A DNA stretch of 63,967 nucleotides, filler included. It is 9 parts of 9 records of this genome, joined end to end, with 100 filler letters (N's around TTAATTAATTAA, not from the genome) between each part and the next. Parts side by side here need not be neighbours in the genome. Positions count along the whole stretch, not along the records: positions 33,834 to 44,039 come from SRR31156797_90283; positions 44,140 to 51,452 come from SRR31156797_90372; 7 more parts are not named here. One strand, given 5' to 3'. Under the pieces are notes generated by a model that saw nothing but the letters and a program-made list of their open reading frames with translations, had not been told where the DNA came from and did not search any database. The position numbers and the translations under genes were made by a program. Below are positions 39,054-48,639 of the stretch, one piece after another (position 1 is the first letter of the stretch; every line of letters starts with the position of its first letter).

Positions 39054-41113
39054 TTACGCCGCCTCGGATGCGGCACGACCAGACACAGCACCGGCAAGCC
39101 GATCAGGACGATCAGCATCAGCATCGCCGGATCGATCGCGCCCGAGCCGCTGTGGCCGGGGGCGGAACCGCCGAACATCGGGCTCGCCGCGTCGACCCGC
39201 CGCGAAACGACCGGGCCGGACTGGCGTTTCTGACGGGCGGCATCCTCGATCGCCACCCGCCGTTCGTTGGCCCGCTCGATACCCAGGGTCGCAAACACGT
39301 CATCGCGAACCACGACCATCGACGTATAGGGCGTCACCAAGCCGTGCTCGACCGACAAATCGACGATGGCCTGCTTGCGATCGGTATCTTCGCCGTATGC
39401 CTCGGTCTGCATCATCAACTCCTCGATCTCGGCAAACGCCCACAGACGTTCGATCTCGGGATGCAGATCGGCGGTTTCCGGGAACAAGAACTGGGTCCGG
39501 TAGGCCACCGGCTGGCCCGAGATCTTTCCCGAAAGGCCGACTTCGGCCAGGCCGTCCCCGCGGTACTTGCCGAACAGCACCAACTGCTCGCCGCGATACA
39601 GGTTTCTCGGCTGTTGCTGGGTCAGATCGGTGACGACGATGCCGTCGATCTTCAGGCTGACGCCGTGCAGGGCCTCGTAGCCGACCTTGCCGACCGCCGA
39701 CAGAATGGCGCCGATGACATCGTCGCTGTTGGAAATCGCAAACGAGGTGCCGCCGGAAGCCTTGGTCATGGCGCTCAAAAGCGGCCGGTTTGCACTGTTT
39801 CCCATGATGAAGGTGAACAGCCGGATATCCTTCTTGGCGGCAAGATCGACGAAAGCCCGGGTCCGGGTTTCACCGACATTGGCAACCCCGTCGGTAACCA
39901 GGAACACGGCGCTGGTGCGGTCCGCGTCCAGCCCCTTCAACCCGGCATCGAGCCCGTCATACAGGTTCGTTCCGTTGTCCGGCTGGACGGCCCGAAGGGC
40001 TGCGATCACCGTCGACACGTTCTCGGCCGTTGCCGGCAACAGGCGCTTGGTCACCTCGTGGATATCGTTGTCGAACAGCACCACCCGGAAACGATCCTCG
40101 GACCGGAGCTTTGAAAGGCCCTTCGCAACCCCGTCGATCAGGGTCTGGAACTTGCCGTCCATGGAGCCGGACTTGTCGAGCACGAAAACCCAGTCGGCGC
40201 CTTGCGTGATCGGCTTCAGATCGATGCCCGGCGTGATCGAAAGCATGAACGTTCCGGGCTTGGTCGGGTCGGGCCGGTGGGCGATCATATCGACCCGCCC
40301 CGGCAGGCCCGCCTTGTGGCGCCAGTAGACGACGATGTCCTTGTCCAGCGCAAACGCCGGGCTTGCCTCCGGCGCCTCCGGGTTTTCCCCTTCAACGTCG
40401 CCGGCCGCGCCGTTTTCAAGAAGCACGCTCCATTCGGATTCTGATTGCCGATGAACGGTGGCGGCCGAATGGTCCGGCAAGCGGACCGCCTCGATCGGAG
40501 CCGCCGACCTGATCTTCATTTCGAACCGGAACCGCCCCTCGACAACCTCGTTTGCCGTCCAGAACGACAGCTTCGCCTCGTCGACGCCGCCTTCCTCGAG
40601 CGGATAGACAAAACGGCCCATGCCGGTGTCGGTAAACGTCGGCTGGATATAGACCAGTCGCACCCGCACGTCCTGTTTGGCGCGAACCGGCCAGACCGTC
40701 ATGTCGAAAGTCTTGTGCGAATCCTGCTCGGCAATCGCGGCTTCGCGGCCGGCCTGCTTTTCCGTTTCATAGACTTCGCGGGCCTTGGCCTTGGCCAGAA
40801 CCTCGCCGGTGACCGGCTTGCCGTCGATCCAATAGGTGAATTCGGATACCGCCGCCTTGTCGGGAACCGGGAATGAATACCGCGCCTCCAGGTCCTTGTC
40901 GTGGGGGTTGGCAAAAACCTGCTCGATCCGGGTCAGGGCATATCCGTCCTGCACAATCACCGCTACGTCGTGGTCGCGGATTTGCAGTTCGTCCAATCCG
41001 CCGGATGTCGGCGTCATCAATCCGGCGGCGTGGGCACCGCCGGATGTAAACGCAAGCGCGGCCGCCATGCCGGCAACCCGAAACATTCGTCCGATAAATC
41101 CTTGTGCGCTCAT
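39050..41113 (-). CDS. Secreted VIT + vWA domain protein with C-terminal GlyGly-CTERM sorting signal
   Basis: Signal peptide; VIT (QVFANP....EA.YSFPVP..AAVSEF); DKSGSM MIDAS, VTDG; tail SGSGAIDP + hydrophobic helix + RRRK. Confidence 0.9.
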   Translation of the reverse strand: MSAQGFIGRMFRVAGMAAALAFTSGGAHAAGLMTPTSGGLDELQIRDHDVAVIVQDGYALTRIEQVFANPHDKDLEARYSFPVPDKAAVSEFTYWIDGKPVTGEVLAKAKAREVYETEKQAGREAAIAEQDSHKTFDMTVWPVRAKQDVRVRLVYIQPTFTDTGMGRFVYPLEEGGVDEAKLSFWTANEVVEGRFRFEMKIRSAAPIEAVRLPDHSAATVHRQSESEWSVLLENGAAGDVEGENPEAPEASPAFALDKDIVVYWRHKAGLPGRVDMIAHRPDPTKPGTFMLSITPGIDLKPITQGADWVFVLDKSGSMDGKFQTLIDGVAKGLSKLRSEDRFRVVLFDNDIHEVTKRLLPATAENVSTVIAALRAVQPDNGTNLYDGLDAGLKGLDADRTSAVFLVTDGVANVGETRTRAFVDLAAKKDIRLFTFIMGNSANRPLLSAMTKASGGTSFAISNSDDVIGAILSAVGKVGYEALHGVSLKIDGIVVTDLTQQQPRNLYRGEQLVLFGKYRGDGLAEVGLSGKISGQPVAYRTQFLFPETADLHPEIERLWAFAEIEELMMQTEAYGEDTDRKQAIVDLSVEHGLVTPYTSMVVVRDDVFATLGIERANERRVAIEDAARQKRQSGPVVSRRVDAASPMFGGSAPGHSGSGAIDPAMLMLIVLIGLPVLCLVVPHPRRRK

Positions 41114-41138
41114 GACATGTCTCCTTCAAACTTCGATT

Positions 41139-41256
41139 TATTGAACATTGTTCAATATAAGCCGAAAAAAAGAGGCCGGACAGATGTATTGAACAATGTT
41201 CAGAATTATTGCCTTGAAATATGCCTGCTGTCAAGATATTTTTGAACATTGTTCAA
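41139..41256. promoter_or_regulatory. Three palindromic operators (TTGAACAwTGTTCAR) in a divergent promoter region
   Basis: TATTGAACATTGTTCAATA 41139-41157, TTGAACAATGTTCAG 41189-41203, TTGAACATTGTTCAA 41242-41256; minus-strand TTGACA at 41229-41234. Confidence 0.85.
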
Positions 41257-41270
41257 TTCTGGAGTTTGCA

Positions 41271-41894
41271 ATGGCCCGGCGCAGCGACCATACCCGAGAC
41301 GAACTTTTCGAACTGGCGGTGTCGGCGGCCCAGAGAATCGTCGCCGATCGGGGGTTCAAGGCATTGACGGCACGGTCCGTCGCCGCCGAAATCGGCTATT
41401 CGGCCGGGACCCTCTACAATCTTTTCGACAACCTCGACGGGCTGGTTCTATCCGTCAACGCCCGGACCCTGGACAATCTTTTCGATGTCCTGTCGAAAGT
41501 GCCTGCCGGAAACAATGCAACGGAATCGATCATCGCCCTGGCGTCGGCCTATATCGACTTCATCGAAAAGCACGACAATCATTGGAATATGCTGTTCGAA
41601 CACCACCTGGCGCCCGGAACGAAACTTTCCGAGGCCTACCTGGCGAAGATCGACCGCCTGCTGGAAGTCCTTGAAGGCATTCTCGACGCGGCGTTTCCCG
41701 ATCTCGAAAAAGCGGAAATCCGGCAATCGGCTCGCGTCCTCTGGGCCAGCCTGCATGGCATGTGTTCGCTTGCCCGGGCCGGCAAGCTCGGCCTGGTGAC
41801 GACAGATTCGCTGCCGGGTCTGACCGGAATACTGGTCGACAATTTCCTGATCGGGTTGCAATCGAAAGGACCGGGTCCGACATCTGATTCCTGA
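41271..41894 (+). CDS. TetR family regulator (WHG-type C-terminal domain)
   Basis: MARRSDHTR.EL, G..ALTARSVA.EIGYSAGTLYNLF, LWASLHG; ATG 41271 with GGAG SD. Confidence 0.92.
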   Translation: MARRSDHTRDELFELAVSAAQRIVADRGFKALTARSVAAEIGYSAGTLYNLFDNLDGLVLSVNARTLDNLFDVLSKVPAGNNATESIIALASAYIDFIEKHDNHWNMLFEHHLAPGTKLSEAYLAKIDRLLEVLEGILDAAFPDLEKAEIRQSARVLWASLHGMCSLARAGKLGLVTTDSLPGLTGILVDNFLIGLQSKGPGPTSDS

Positions 41895-41949
41895 CCATAG
41901 TCCGGGCCTTGGGGAACCGGTGGCCGGAACCGCCGACGGGAGGAAAAGA

Positions 41950-42342
41950 ATGGAAGAGACTCGCTACGAACGGGGTTTGCGGAAACTGGCCGAAATCGAC
42001 GGTGAGGCCGGGCAAAGGGTGATCGACTGCCTTGCCGATATCGCCCCTGATTTCGCGAAATACCTGATCGAATTTCCGTTCGGCGACATCTATGCGCGAC
42101 CCGGACTCGACGTCAAATCGCGCGAGATCGCAACCGTCGCGGCGCTGACCGCGTTGGGCAACGCCGGGCCGCAATTGCGGGTTCACATCCACGCTGCCCT
42201 GAATGTCGGCTGCAGCAGGGAAGAAATCGTCGAAACCATCATGCAGATGGCCGTCTACGCCGGGTTCCCGGCGGCCCTGAACGGGCTTTTCGCGGCCAAG
42301 GAAATCTTCGATCAATCCGAACCCTCGGACAAGCCGGCTTAA
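41950..42342 (+). CDS. Carboxymuconolactone decarboxylase (CMD/AhpD-like) family protein
   Basis: RYERGL, FGDIYARPGLD.KSRE..TVAAL, QL.VHI.AALNVG, YAGFPAA. Confidence 0.9.
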   Translation: MEETRYERGLRKLAEIDGEAGQRVIDCLADIAPDFAKYLIEFPFGDIYARPGLDVKSREIATVAALTALGNAGPQLRVHIHAALNVGCSREEIVETIMQMAVYAGFPAALNGLFAAKEIFDQSEPSDKPA

Positions 42343-42387
42343 ACCGGCACTTGACCGATAGTAGAAAGTCATCGATCCTCTCGTCCT

Positions 42388-43518
42388 ATGAGGGCATCGA
42401 CGGACACCCCGCTATCGGATTCCGACAAGCTGGATTGGCTGCGCCTGATCCGCAGCGAAAACGTCGGGCCGATCACCTTCTTCCGGCTGATGGCGATCTT
42501 CGGGTCGGCCGCCGACGCCCTGGCCGCCCTGCCGGATCTGGCCAAAAAAGGCGGACGCGCGGGCCGCATCCGTATTGCATCCAAGGCCGAAGCCGAACGG
42601 GAAATCGAAACCGCGGCACGCATCGGCGCGTCCCTTGTCGCTCACGGCGAAACCGGCTACCCGCCGCTGCTGGCCCACATTGACGATCCGCCGCCCTTGC
42701 TGTTCGTGCTTGGTCACGTTTCCCTTCTGGCCAAGGCGGCGGTTGCCATCGTCGGCGCGCGAAACGCCTCGGTCGCCGGAAAACGCTTTGCGCGCGAACT
42801 GGCCGCCGGGCTTGGCCGGGGAGGATTGCTGGTGGTTTCCGGCATGGCCCGGGGCATCGATGCCGCCGCGCACGCGGGCGCGATCGAAACCGGCACCGCT
42901 GCCGTGCTCGGCGGCGGCGTCGATATCGTCTATCCGCGCGAAAACGAATCCCTCTACGCCGAGATTCGCAATCGCGGCGTCCTGGTCTCCGAGGTGGCGC
43001 CGGGCACCGAACCCCGGGCCCGCCATTTCCCCAGGCGCAACCGGATCATTTCGGGCATATCGCGCGGCTCCGTGATCGTCGAGGCGAGCCCGCGATCGGG
43101 TTCCCTGATCACCGCTCGGCTGGCCCTGGAACAGGGGCGAGAGGTCTTCGCGGTGCCGGGCTCGCCGCTCGATCCACGGGCCCGTGGCACCAACAAGCTG
43201 ATCCGCGACGGCGCCTGTATGGCCGAATCGGCAGCCGATGTTTTGCAGGTTCTGTCGGAAAACGGCCGTCCCCTGGTCGAAACCGCCGACACCGCCTATT
43301 TAGCCGCTCCACCCGCGCAAATCGGCGGTTCCGACGTCGATTCGGCGCGGGCCGAAATCATCGAAAGTTTGGGTCCGGTGGCCGTGACGGTTGACGAAGT
43401 GATCCGAAATTGCCAATTCTCCCCTGCCGTGGCGTCGGTCGTCCTGCTGGAAATGGAATTGGCGGGCCGGCTTGAACGGCACCCCGGGAACAAGATTTCA
43501 CTTATTGCCGCCTCCTGA
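42388..43518 (+). CDS. dprA: DNA-processing protein DprA
   Basis: RSENVGP.TF, AIVGARNAS, VSGMARGID..AH, HFPRRNRIISG, SGSLITA, FAVPGSPLDPR. Confidence 0.96.
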   Translation: MRASTDTPLSDSDKLDWLRLIRSENVGPITFFRLMAIFGSAADALAALPDLAKKGGRAGRIRIASKAEAEREIETAARIGASLVAHGETGYPPLLAHIDDPPPLLFVLGHVSLLAKAAVAIVGARNASVAGKRFARELAAGLGRGGLLVVSGMARGIDAAAHAGAIETGTAAVLGGGVDIVYPRENESLYAEIRNRGVLVSEVAPGTEPRARHFPRRNRIISGISRGSVIVEASPRSGSLITARLALEQGREVFAVPGSPLDPRARGTNKLIRDGACMAESAADVLQVLSENGRPLVETADTAYLAAPPAQIGGSDVDSARAEIIESLGPVAVTVDEVIRNCQFSPAVASVVLLEMELAGRLERHPGNKISLIAAS

Positions 43519-43537
43519 GGCACAGCGGAAACCAAAC

Positions 43538-44039
43538 ATGTCCGAGAACGTTGTCGTCGTCGAATCGCCGGCCAAGGCGAAAACCATCAACAAGTATCTT
43601 GGCGGCACCTATAAGGTGTTGGCCAGCTTCGGCCACGTCCGCGACCTGCCGCCGAAAGACGGCTCGGTCCGTCCCGACGACGGGTTCTCCATGAGCTGGC
43701 AGGTCGACTCGAAGGCGGAAAAGCACATCAAGGAAATCGCCGCTGCCTGCAAGGGCGCCGACCGCCTGTTTCTGGCCACTGACCCGGATCGCGAAGGCGA
43801 GGCCATCTCCTGGCACATGCGCCAGGTCCTCGACGACCGCGGTGTCCTGAAAAATGTCGAGGTCAAGCGCGTCGTCTTCAACGAGATCACCAAGGCCGCG
43901 ATCACGGATGCCTTCGATCATCCGCGCGACCTGGACGAAGACCTGGTCGAAGCCTATCTGGCGCGCCGTGCGCTCGACTATCTGGTCGGCTTCACCCTGT
44001 CGCCGGTTTTGTGGCGCAAGCTGCCGGGCAGCCGCTCGG
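43538..44039 (+). CDS. topA: DNA topoisomerase I (3' truncated)
   Basis: VVESPAKAKTI, GHVRDL, LATDPDREGEAISWH, ARRALDYLVGF. Confidence 0.96.
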
Positions 44040-44139
44040 NNNNNNNNNNNNNNNNNNNNNNNNNNNNNNNNNNNNNNNNNNNNTTAATTAATTAANNNNN
44101 NNNNNNNNNNNNNNNNNNNNNNNNNNNNNNNNNNNNNNN

Positions 44140-44564
44140 CCATACATACCTTCCGTATTTTCACGGAAGATGGTGATATCAATATTGTCTTTGTAATTCA
44201 AGGGATTGCCTGCATATGCTTTACATGGACGCATGTTGGTGTGCAGGTCAAAAAGCTGGCGAAGGCGGACGATAGGACTGAAATAAACATGTCCCTTGCC
44301 TTGCATTTCCGGAAGAAGTTCTTTTTCGGCTTCTTCCTTGGGTTTTGATGTGATCGCACCGAACAGCGCGCAATCAACTGTCTTTAACATTTCAATAGTA
44401 CGTTCCGGAAGAGCATCGCCTTCCGTTTTCCAAAATTCCCAACCGATGTCACCATGGACATATTCGGCATCCAAACCAAGTTTGCCAAGAACGATCTTTG
44501 TGGCCTCCATCACCTCATTGCCAACTCCGTCGCCCGGCATCCAACCTATGCGGTATTTCGCCAT
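44140..44564 (-). CDS. Isocitrate/isopropylmalate dehydrogenase family (3' truncated)
   Basis: PGDGVG.EV, LFGAITS, SPIVRLRQ.FDL..N.RP, RENTEG.Y. Confidence 0.9.
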
Positions 44565-44767
44565 TTCACCACTCCTTAAATTTACCCGTTAATGTAAAAC
44601 GCGCCACCCCGTTTGCTATCCGGTGGTGGCCCTTTTTTTCTAACTTGCTTATTTTAAAAATAGCACTATAATATTATGACAATTTCGGGTGGAAAGCAAT
44701 AGTCTCAGAAAAATAAATTCAAGAAATATTCTTAATCGGCAACATTAAATCTTATCTTTAAAACAGA

Positions 44768-44998
44768 GGTTTGATGGAAGGTTTAAGTTTAGAGGTTTAG
44801 GGTTTAGGGGGTTAATATTGAACTACTCTGTAGTTCTTTCTAACCATAAACCATTTCTACAATATTCGACTGCTATGACGTCTCAAGAACATTGATCTAA
44901 ATAACATTAAAGTATTTTTAGTGTTTGATTAATTCAAGAAATACAGTCACAGGGCGAATTAATAATTAAACGCTTAAACTTCTAAACTCATAAACGGA
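44768..44998. repeat. Degenerate short tandem repeats in inverted arrangement
   Basis: GGTTTAR-like units at 44768-44814; TAAACnnn x4 with 8-nt period at 44967-44998. Confidence 0.55.
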
Positions 44999-45027
44999 GC
45001 TTTTATTTATTGAAATGCTGTGAAGAA

Positions 45028-45393
45028 TTATTTTACAAGATCGCCCAAATAAAACCCTGCGATCGCCACCGCCAGCCCCAATCCCATATTCGCAACCATA
45101 TTTAGGATTGCAAGTCCGGCTTTTGACATCTTGAAAAGCAGGAAGGTTTCCATACTGAAGGTGGAAAAGGTCGTAAAAGCACCCAGTAGCCCTACGGCAA
45201 GAAAGAAATACCAGGCGGTATGTTCTCCTCCCGTTAAGCCGACAAAAAATGCCAGTATAAATGAACCCAATACATTTACAGCCAAGGTGTCCCATGGGAA
45301 GTTGCCGTTTGATGCAGCATAAAGTAAAGATGAGATAAAAAAACGAAGGACGGCACCAAAAGCACCGCCCAACGCTATAAATAGATATTTCAT
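45028..45393 (-). CDS. crcB: Fluoride efflux channel Fluc/CrcB
   Basis: GGAFGAVLR, FPW.TL.VNV.GSF, GLLGAFTTFSTF. Confidence 0.95.
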   Translation of the reverse strand: MKYLFIALGGAFGAVLRFFISSLLYAASNGNFPWDTLAVNVLGSFILAFFVGLTGGEHTAWYFFLAVGLLGAFTTFSTFSMETFLLFKMSKAGLAILNMVANMGLGLAVAIAGFYLGDLVK

Positions 45394-45402
45394 ATTGCTT
45401 TA

Positions 45403-46701
45403 TTAATACAAGTAACCCAGTCCAATATATAGTCCTGTGCCACCGTCATTATTTGACCCTGCAAAACCGTAATCAACCGATAAAATCATATTTTCGTTCA
45501 TTGCCAGTTTGATACCCAAACCGTATGCAAGGTGAACCGTTTCACTACTTCCGGTCAGATAATCTTCGGTGTTTGCTAAAGCTTCAATGCCTGTTTTGTC
45601 ATAATCATATGGCTGTACGACCATACCGGCATCCAAGAATGGATTAACGCCAAAGTACCAGCTCTGTCCGATCCATTTAAAACGAACGATCTTCCAGCGC
45701 GCTTCAAGGTTTGCATAAGCATAGCCGTCACCGACTAAACGAGAGCCCATAATACCACGGACATTCTTGCTTCCGCCGAGACCATCGCGATTATTTCTTG
45801 AATCCGGCATATTGCCTTGCAGATAGAAAGGTTGTTTCCCGGCAATAATGCCCTGATAACCCAAACGGTATGTTAATGACAGTTTGTCCGGGACCAGCGT
45901 AAAATACTGACGGTGGATCGCGGCCAACTGCAGCCATCCGCTTTCATTTCCAAGAAAACCGGGAGCGTAGGTCAATAATACTTCCTCCCATAACCCGGTC
46001 ATAGGACAGGCTTCATTATCGCGAGTGTCATAAACTACTCCACCCTTGACATAGGTAACCAAACCGCCGTCTGCTTCTTCCGGTGTAATTGCACCCCAAG
46101 TAACAAAATCATCATATAGTGTAGATTGAACAAGCGCCGTTGAATCCCAAGCGTTAGTTGTTGAAGCTGAACCAACTGTAAAATTCATTATTCCAAGTCC
46201 ACCCAACCAACGAAACTTGTTATCGGTAATATTACCCTGCAAGTTCACGGTAAAGCGAAGTTGATTACGCTTCATTGCGTAATACAATGCGTTCTTATAG
46301 AGTGGGTCTTCTCTATCAACCCATCCTGCATTATACTTTGACTCGGCCCCATTAAAACCATAAAAACCCCAAGCATTTTTTATAACATTGCTCAGGTCGG
46401 CCGTTACGCGAACTCCGGGGATCAGGTATTTTGAGTCATAGGTGATTTGAGCAAGTCCGGCACCCTTGGTTGTTTGGTTCCACTCAACATAAATATTGTG
46501 ATAGTAATCCGGATAGATCTTGCCATCACCATAGAAGAAAATATTTGCAAGCAAACCATATTGAAAACCCGTATCGGTATTGAATGCTACCGATGGCAAA
46601 GGCCCAACATTAATTCCGGTTTTAACAAATTCATCTTCCGCTAAGGCGAAAGTGCTTAGCAAGATTGTTAATACAAGTAAAATACGTAATGTGCTCTTCA
46701 T
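45403..46701 (-). CDS. Omp85/BamA-TamA-like outer-membrane beta-barrel (no POTRA)
   Basis: Signal peptide, YDTRD, LGG..NVRG, PFLDAG.V, C-terminal aromatic strand (LYIGLGYLY). Confidence 0.82.
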   Translation of the reverse strand: MKSTLRILLVLTILLSTFALAEDEFVKTGINVGPLPSVAFNTDTGFQYGLLANIFFYGDGKIYPDYYHNIYVEWNQTTKGAGLAQITYDSKYLIPGVRVTADLSNVIKNAWGFYGFNGAESKYNAGWVDREDPLYKNALYYAMKRNQLRFTVNLQGNITDNKFRWLGGLGIMNFTVGSASTTNAWDSTALVQSTLYDDFVTWGAITPEEADGGLVTYVKGGVVYDTRDNEACPMTGLWEEVLLTYAPGFLGNESGWLQLAAIHRQYFTLVPDKLSLTYRLGYQGIIAGKQPFYLQGNMPDSRNNRDGLGGSKNVRGIMGSRLVGDGYAYANLEARWKIVRFKWIGQSWYFGVNPFLDAGMVVQPYDYDKTGIEALANTEDYLTGSSETVHLAYGLGIKLAMNENMILSVDYGFAGSNNDGGTGLYIGLGYLY

Positions 46702-46747
46702 GTTTCCCTCCATTTATTTAACATTACTGCCAAGAATATAAACAAAA

Positions 46748-46780
46748 CAAGGCAAAAGGCAAAAGTATAAAGGCAAAAGT
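46748..46780 (+). repeat. Left arm of a 33-bp inverted repeat (heptamer-based)
   Basis: CAAGGCAAAAGGCAAAAGTATAAAGGCAAAAGT; 32/33 identical to the reverse complement of 49542-49574; further 7-mers (AAAACGT/AAGACGT) continue to about 46810. Confidence 0.92.
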
Positions 46781-46861
46781 CGTAAAACGTAAGACGTAAA
46801 AAGTAAAACGACATGAATTGTGTTGTGGTGAATTGTAGAAGCTCAATATTTTGGGGGCTCT

Positions 46862-48055
46862 TTAAACATTATTAATATATTTTACTATTATATCTTTGGC
46901 AGATCCCGGACTCACCCTATGAAATTCTAAGCTTTCACATCCGTTAAAATCTATGAATGTTTCAAGTTCCTTTGATAAAGCTAAAGCAAAAGCGTCAATC
47001 TTTTTCAAGCCTGATTCAAGGGCTAAATGATGGATGTGTAGCGTTTTGGTTTTTCTGTCTGCCTTGCAATCCATTCTTGCCACTAATTTTCCATCCCAAA
47101 GAACCGGCAAAGAAAAATATCCGTACTTGCGTTTCGCTTCCGGCACATAGCATTCAATTTGATAATCAAAATCAAAAAGGTCCAACATGCGTTTTCGTTG
47201 AATAAGAAGATTATCAAAAGGCGAAAGGATCTTAAGCCTGCTTCTGAAAAGGGGTTTGTCCAACAGCTCAAGTGAATCTTTTAAAGCAAAATATTTATTC
47301 CCCTTAACAAGCACTTCCAGTATTTCGCCATTAGACTTCATGCTTTTCAGGGCTGTTGATATCTCGCTCTTTACATTTTTTCTTAAATATGCCATATCTG
47401 CGACCTGACCCAGGCCGTTTGCCCTTAAAAACCCCTTTATTAAATGTCGCGCATATTCCTCTTGTGTCGGCGTGGATGTGTCAATATCTCCAGACAGAAC
47501 CCTCTCGCTTAGATCATAGACCTTTTGAAAACCTACGCGCTTTGGGATCATCAGTTCGCCCTGCATGAACAAATATTCCAGGGCGCGTTTTGCCGGTTTA
47601 TATGCCCATTCTCCCCTGTGCTTTTTTTCACCATCAAAATTCTTGGACATCAAGGGACCTTCATCAGCAATACGTTTCAAGACAGCTTTCATTAGATCCT
47701 TGTCGCGATCATACCAGTGATCTTCATCTTCGTTGGCGATCGCGCGCTTACGGACCAGACTATAGCGATAATCCCGCATTGGCAAATACGCTGCGGCGTG
47801 AGACCAATATTCAAAGATCTGTTTTTTCTCTAACAGTATGTCAATGTGATTATTCTTATATCTCGGATTCCTGTTCCAAAGCGTATGATGGTGTGCTCGT
47901 TGAACCGCGGAGATCGTATCGATCTGAATATAACCCAAACGCTCAAACGCTGATAGCGTTGATGAAAGCGCAGTACCCTTTTGTCCGGTCAGCGGTAAAC
48001 CCTGAGACAGCAGTATTAGTTTTCGGGCTTGCTGTATTGAAAGTGACTCTATCAT
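46862..48055 (-). CDS. ycaQ: YcaQ/AlkZ-like (HTH_42) DNA crosslink/alkylation glycosylase
   Basis: YIQIDTIS.V.RAHH (QxD motif), FEYWSHAA, LSPFDNL, YQIECYVPE.KR.YGYF.LP.L. Confidence 0.9.
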   Translation of the reverse strand: MIESLSIQQARKLILLSQGLPLTGQKGTALSSTLSAFERLGYIQIDTISAVQRAHHHTLWNRNPRYKNNHIDILLEKKQIFEYWSHAAAYLPMRDYRYSLVRKRAIANEDEDHWYDRDKDLMKAVLKRIADEGPLMSKNFDGEKKHRGEWAYKPAKRALEYLFMQGELMIPKRVGFQKVYDLSERVLSGDIDTSTPTQEEYARHLIKGFLRANGLGQVADMAYLRKNVKSEISTALKSMKSNGEILEVLVKGNKYFALKDSLELLDKPLFRSRLKILSPFDNLLIQRKRMLDLFDFDYQIECYVPEAKRKYGYFSLPVLWDGKLVARMDCKADRKTKTLHIHHLALESGLKKIDAFALALSKELETFIDFNGCESLEFHRVSPGSAKDIIVKYINNV

Positions 48056-48627
48056 GAATTCGGTTTCCTGATCTCTTTATAGCGGAAGCAATCTGTTGTA
48101 TGATCGTTTACCATGCCAACCGCTTGCATAAAAGCATACATAATGGTAGAACCTACAAAGTTGAATCCACGCTTTTTAAGATCTTTGCTTATGATATCCG
48201 ACAATTCTGTTTTAGCTGGGATCTCAGCCTTGGATGTCCATGCATTTTGAATTGGCGTTCCATCAACAAAGCCCCAGAAATATGCATCAAGCGAACCAAA
48301 TTCTTTTTTGATCTTTAAAGCGGCCTTTGCGTTTTTGATCGCGGAATTGACCTTTAAGCGATTGCGCACAATGCTGGGATCTGCCAAAAGGCGATCAATG
48401 TCACTTTCTGAGTAATTTGCGATCTTTTCGCAATCGAAATTGTGAAATGCGTTTTTATAATTTTCGCGCTTTCTTAAGATCGTGATCCAGCTTAAGCCGG
48501 CTTGAGCACCCTCAAGAATTAAAAACTCAAATAAGGATCTGTCATCATGAAGCGGCTCGCCCCATTCTTTATCGTGATATTCCATATACAAGGGATCATT
48601 TCCACACCATTGACATCTTTTGATCAT
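48052..48627 (-). CDS. tag: DNA-3-methyladenine glycosylase I
   Basis: RCQW, YHDKEWG, LEGAQAGLSW.TIL.KRE, IVRNRLK, FVGSTI.YAFMQAVG.VNDH...C. Confidence 0.96.
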   Translation of the reverse strand: MIKRCQWCGNDPLYMEYHDKEWGEPLHDDRSLFEFLILEGAQAGLSWITILRKRENYKNAFHNFDCEKIANYSESDIDRLLADPSIVRNRLKVNSAIKNAKAALKIKKEFGSLDAYFWGFVDGTPIQNAWTSKAEIPAKTELSDIISKDLKKRGFNFVGSTIMYAFMQAVGMVNDHTTDCFRYKEIRKPNS

Positions 48628-48639
48628 ACACAACCTTTA

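Noticed and set aside
44601-44640. Hairpin upstream of the dehydrogenase as an amino-acid attenuator
   Set aside because: No leader peptide or alternative structure found; it could be an ordinary terminator.
45394-45402. Fluoride riboswitch upstream of crcB
   Set aside because: Only 9 nt separate crcB from the upstream gene, and no motif is seen.
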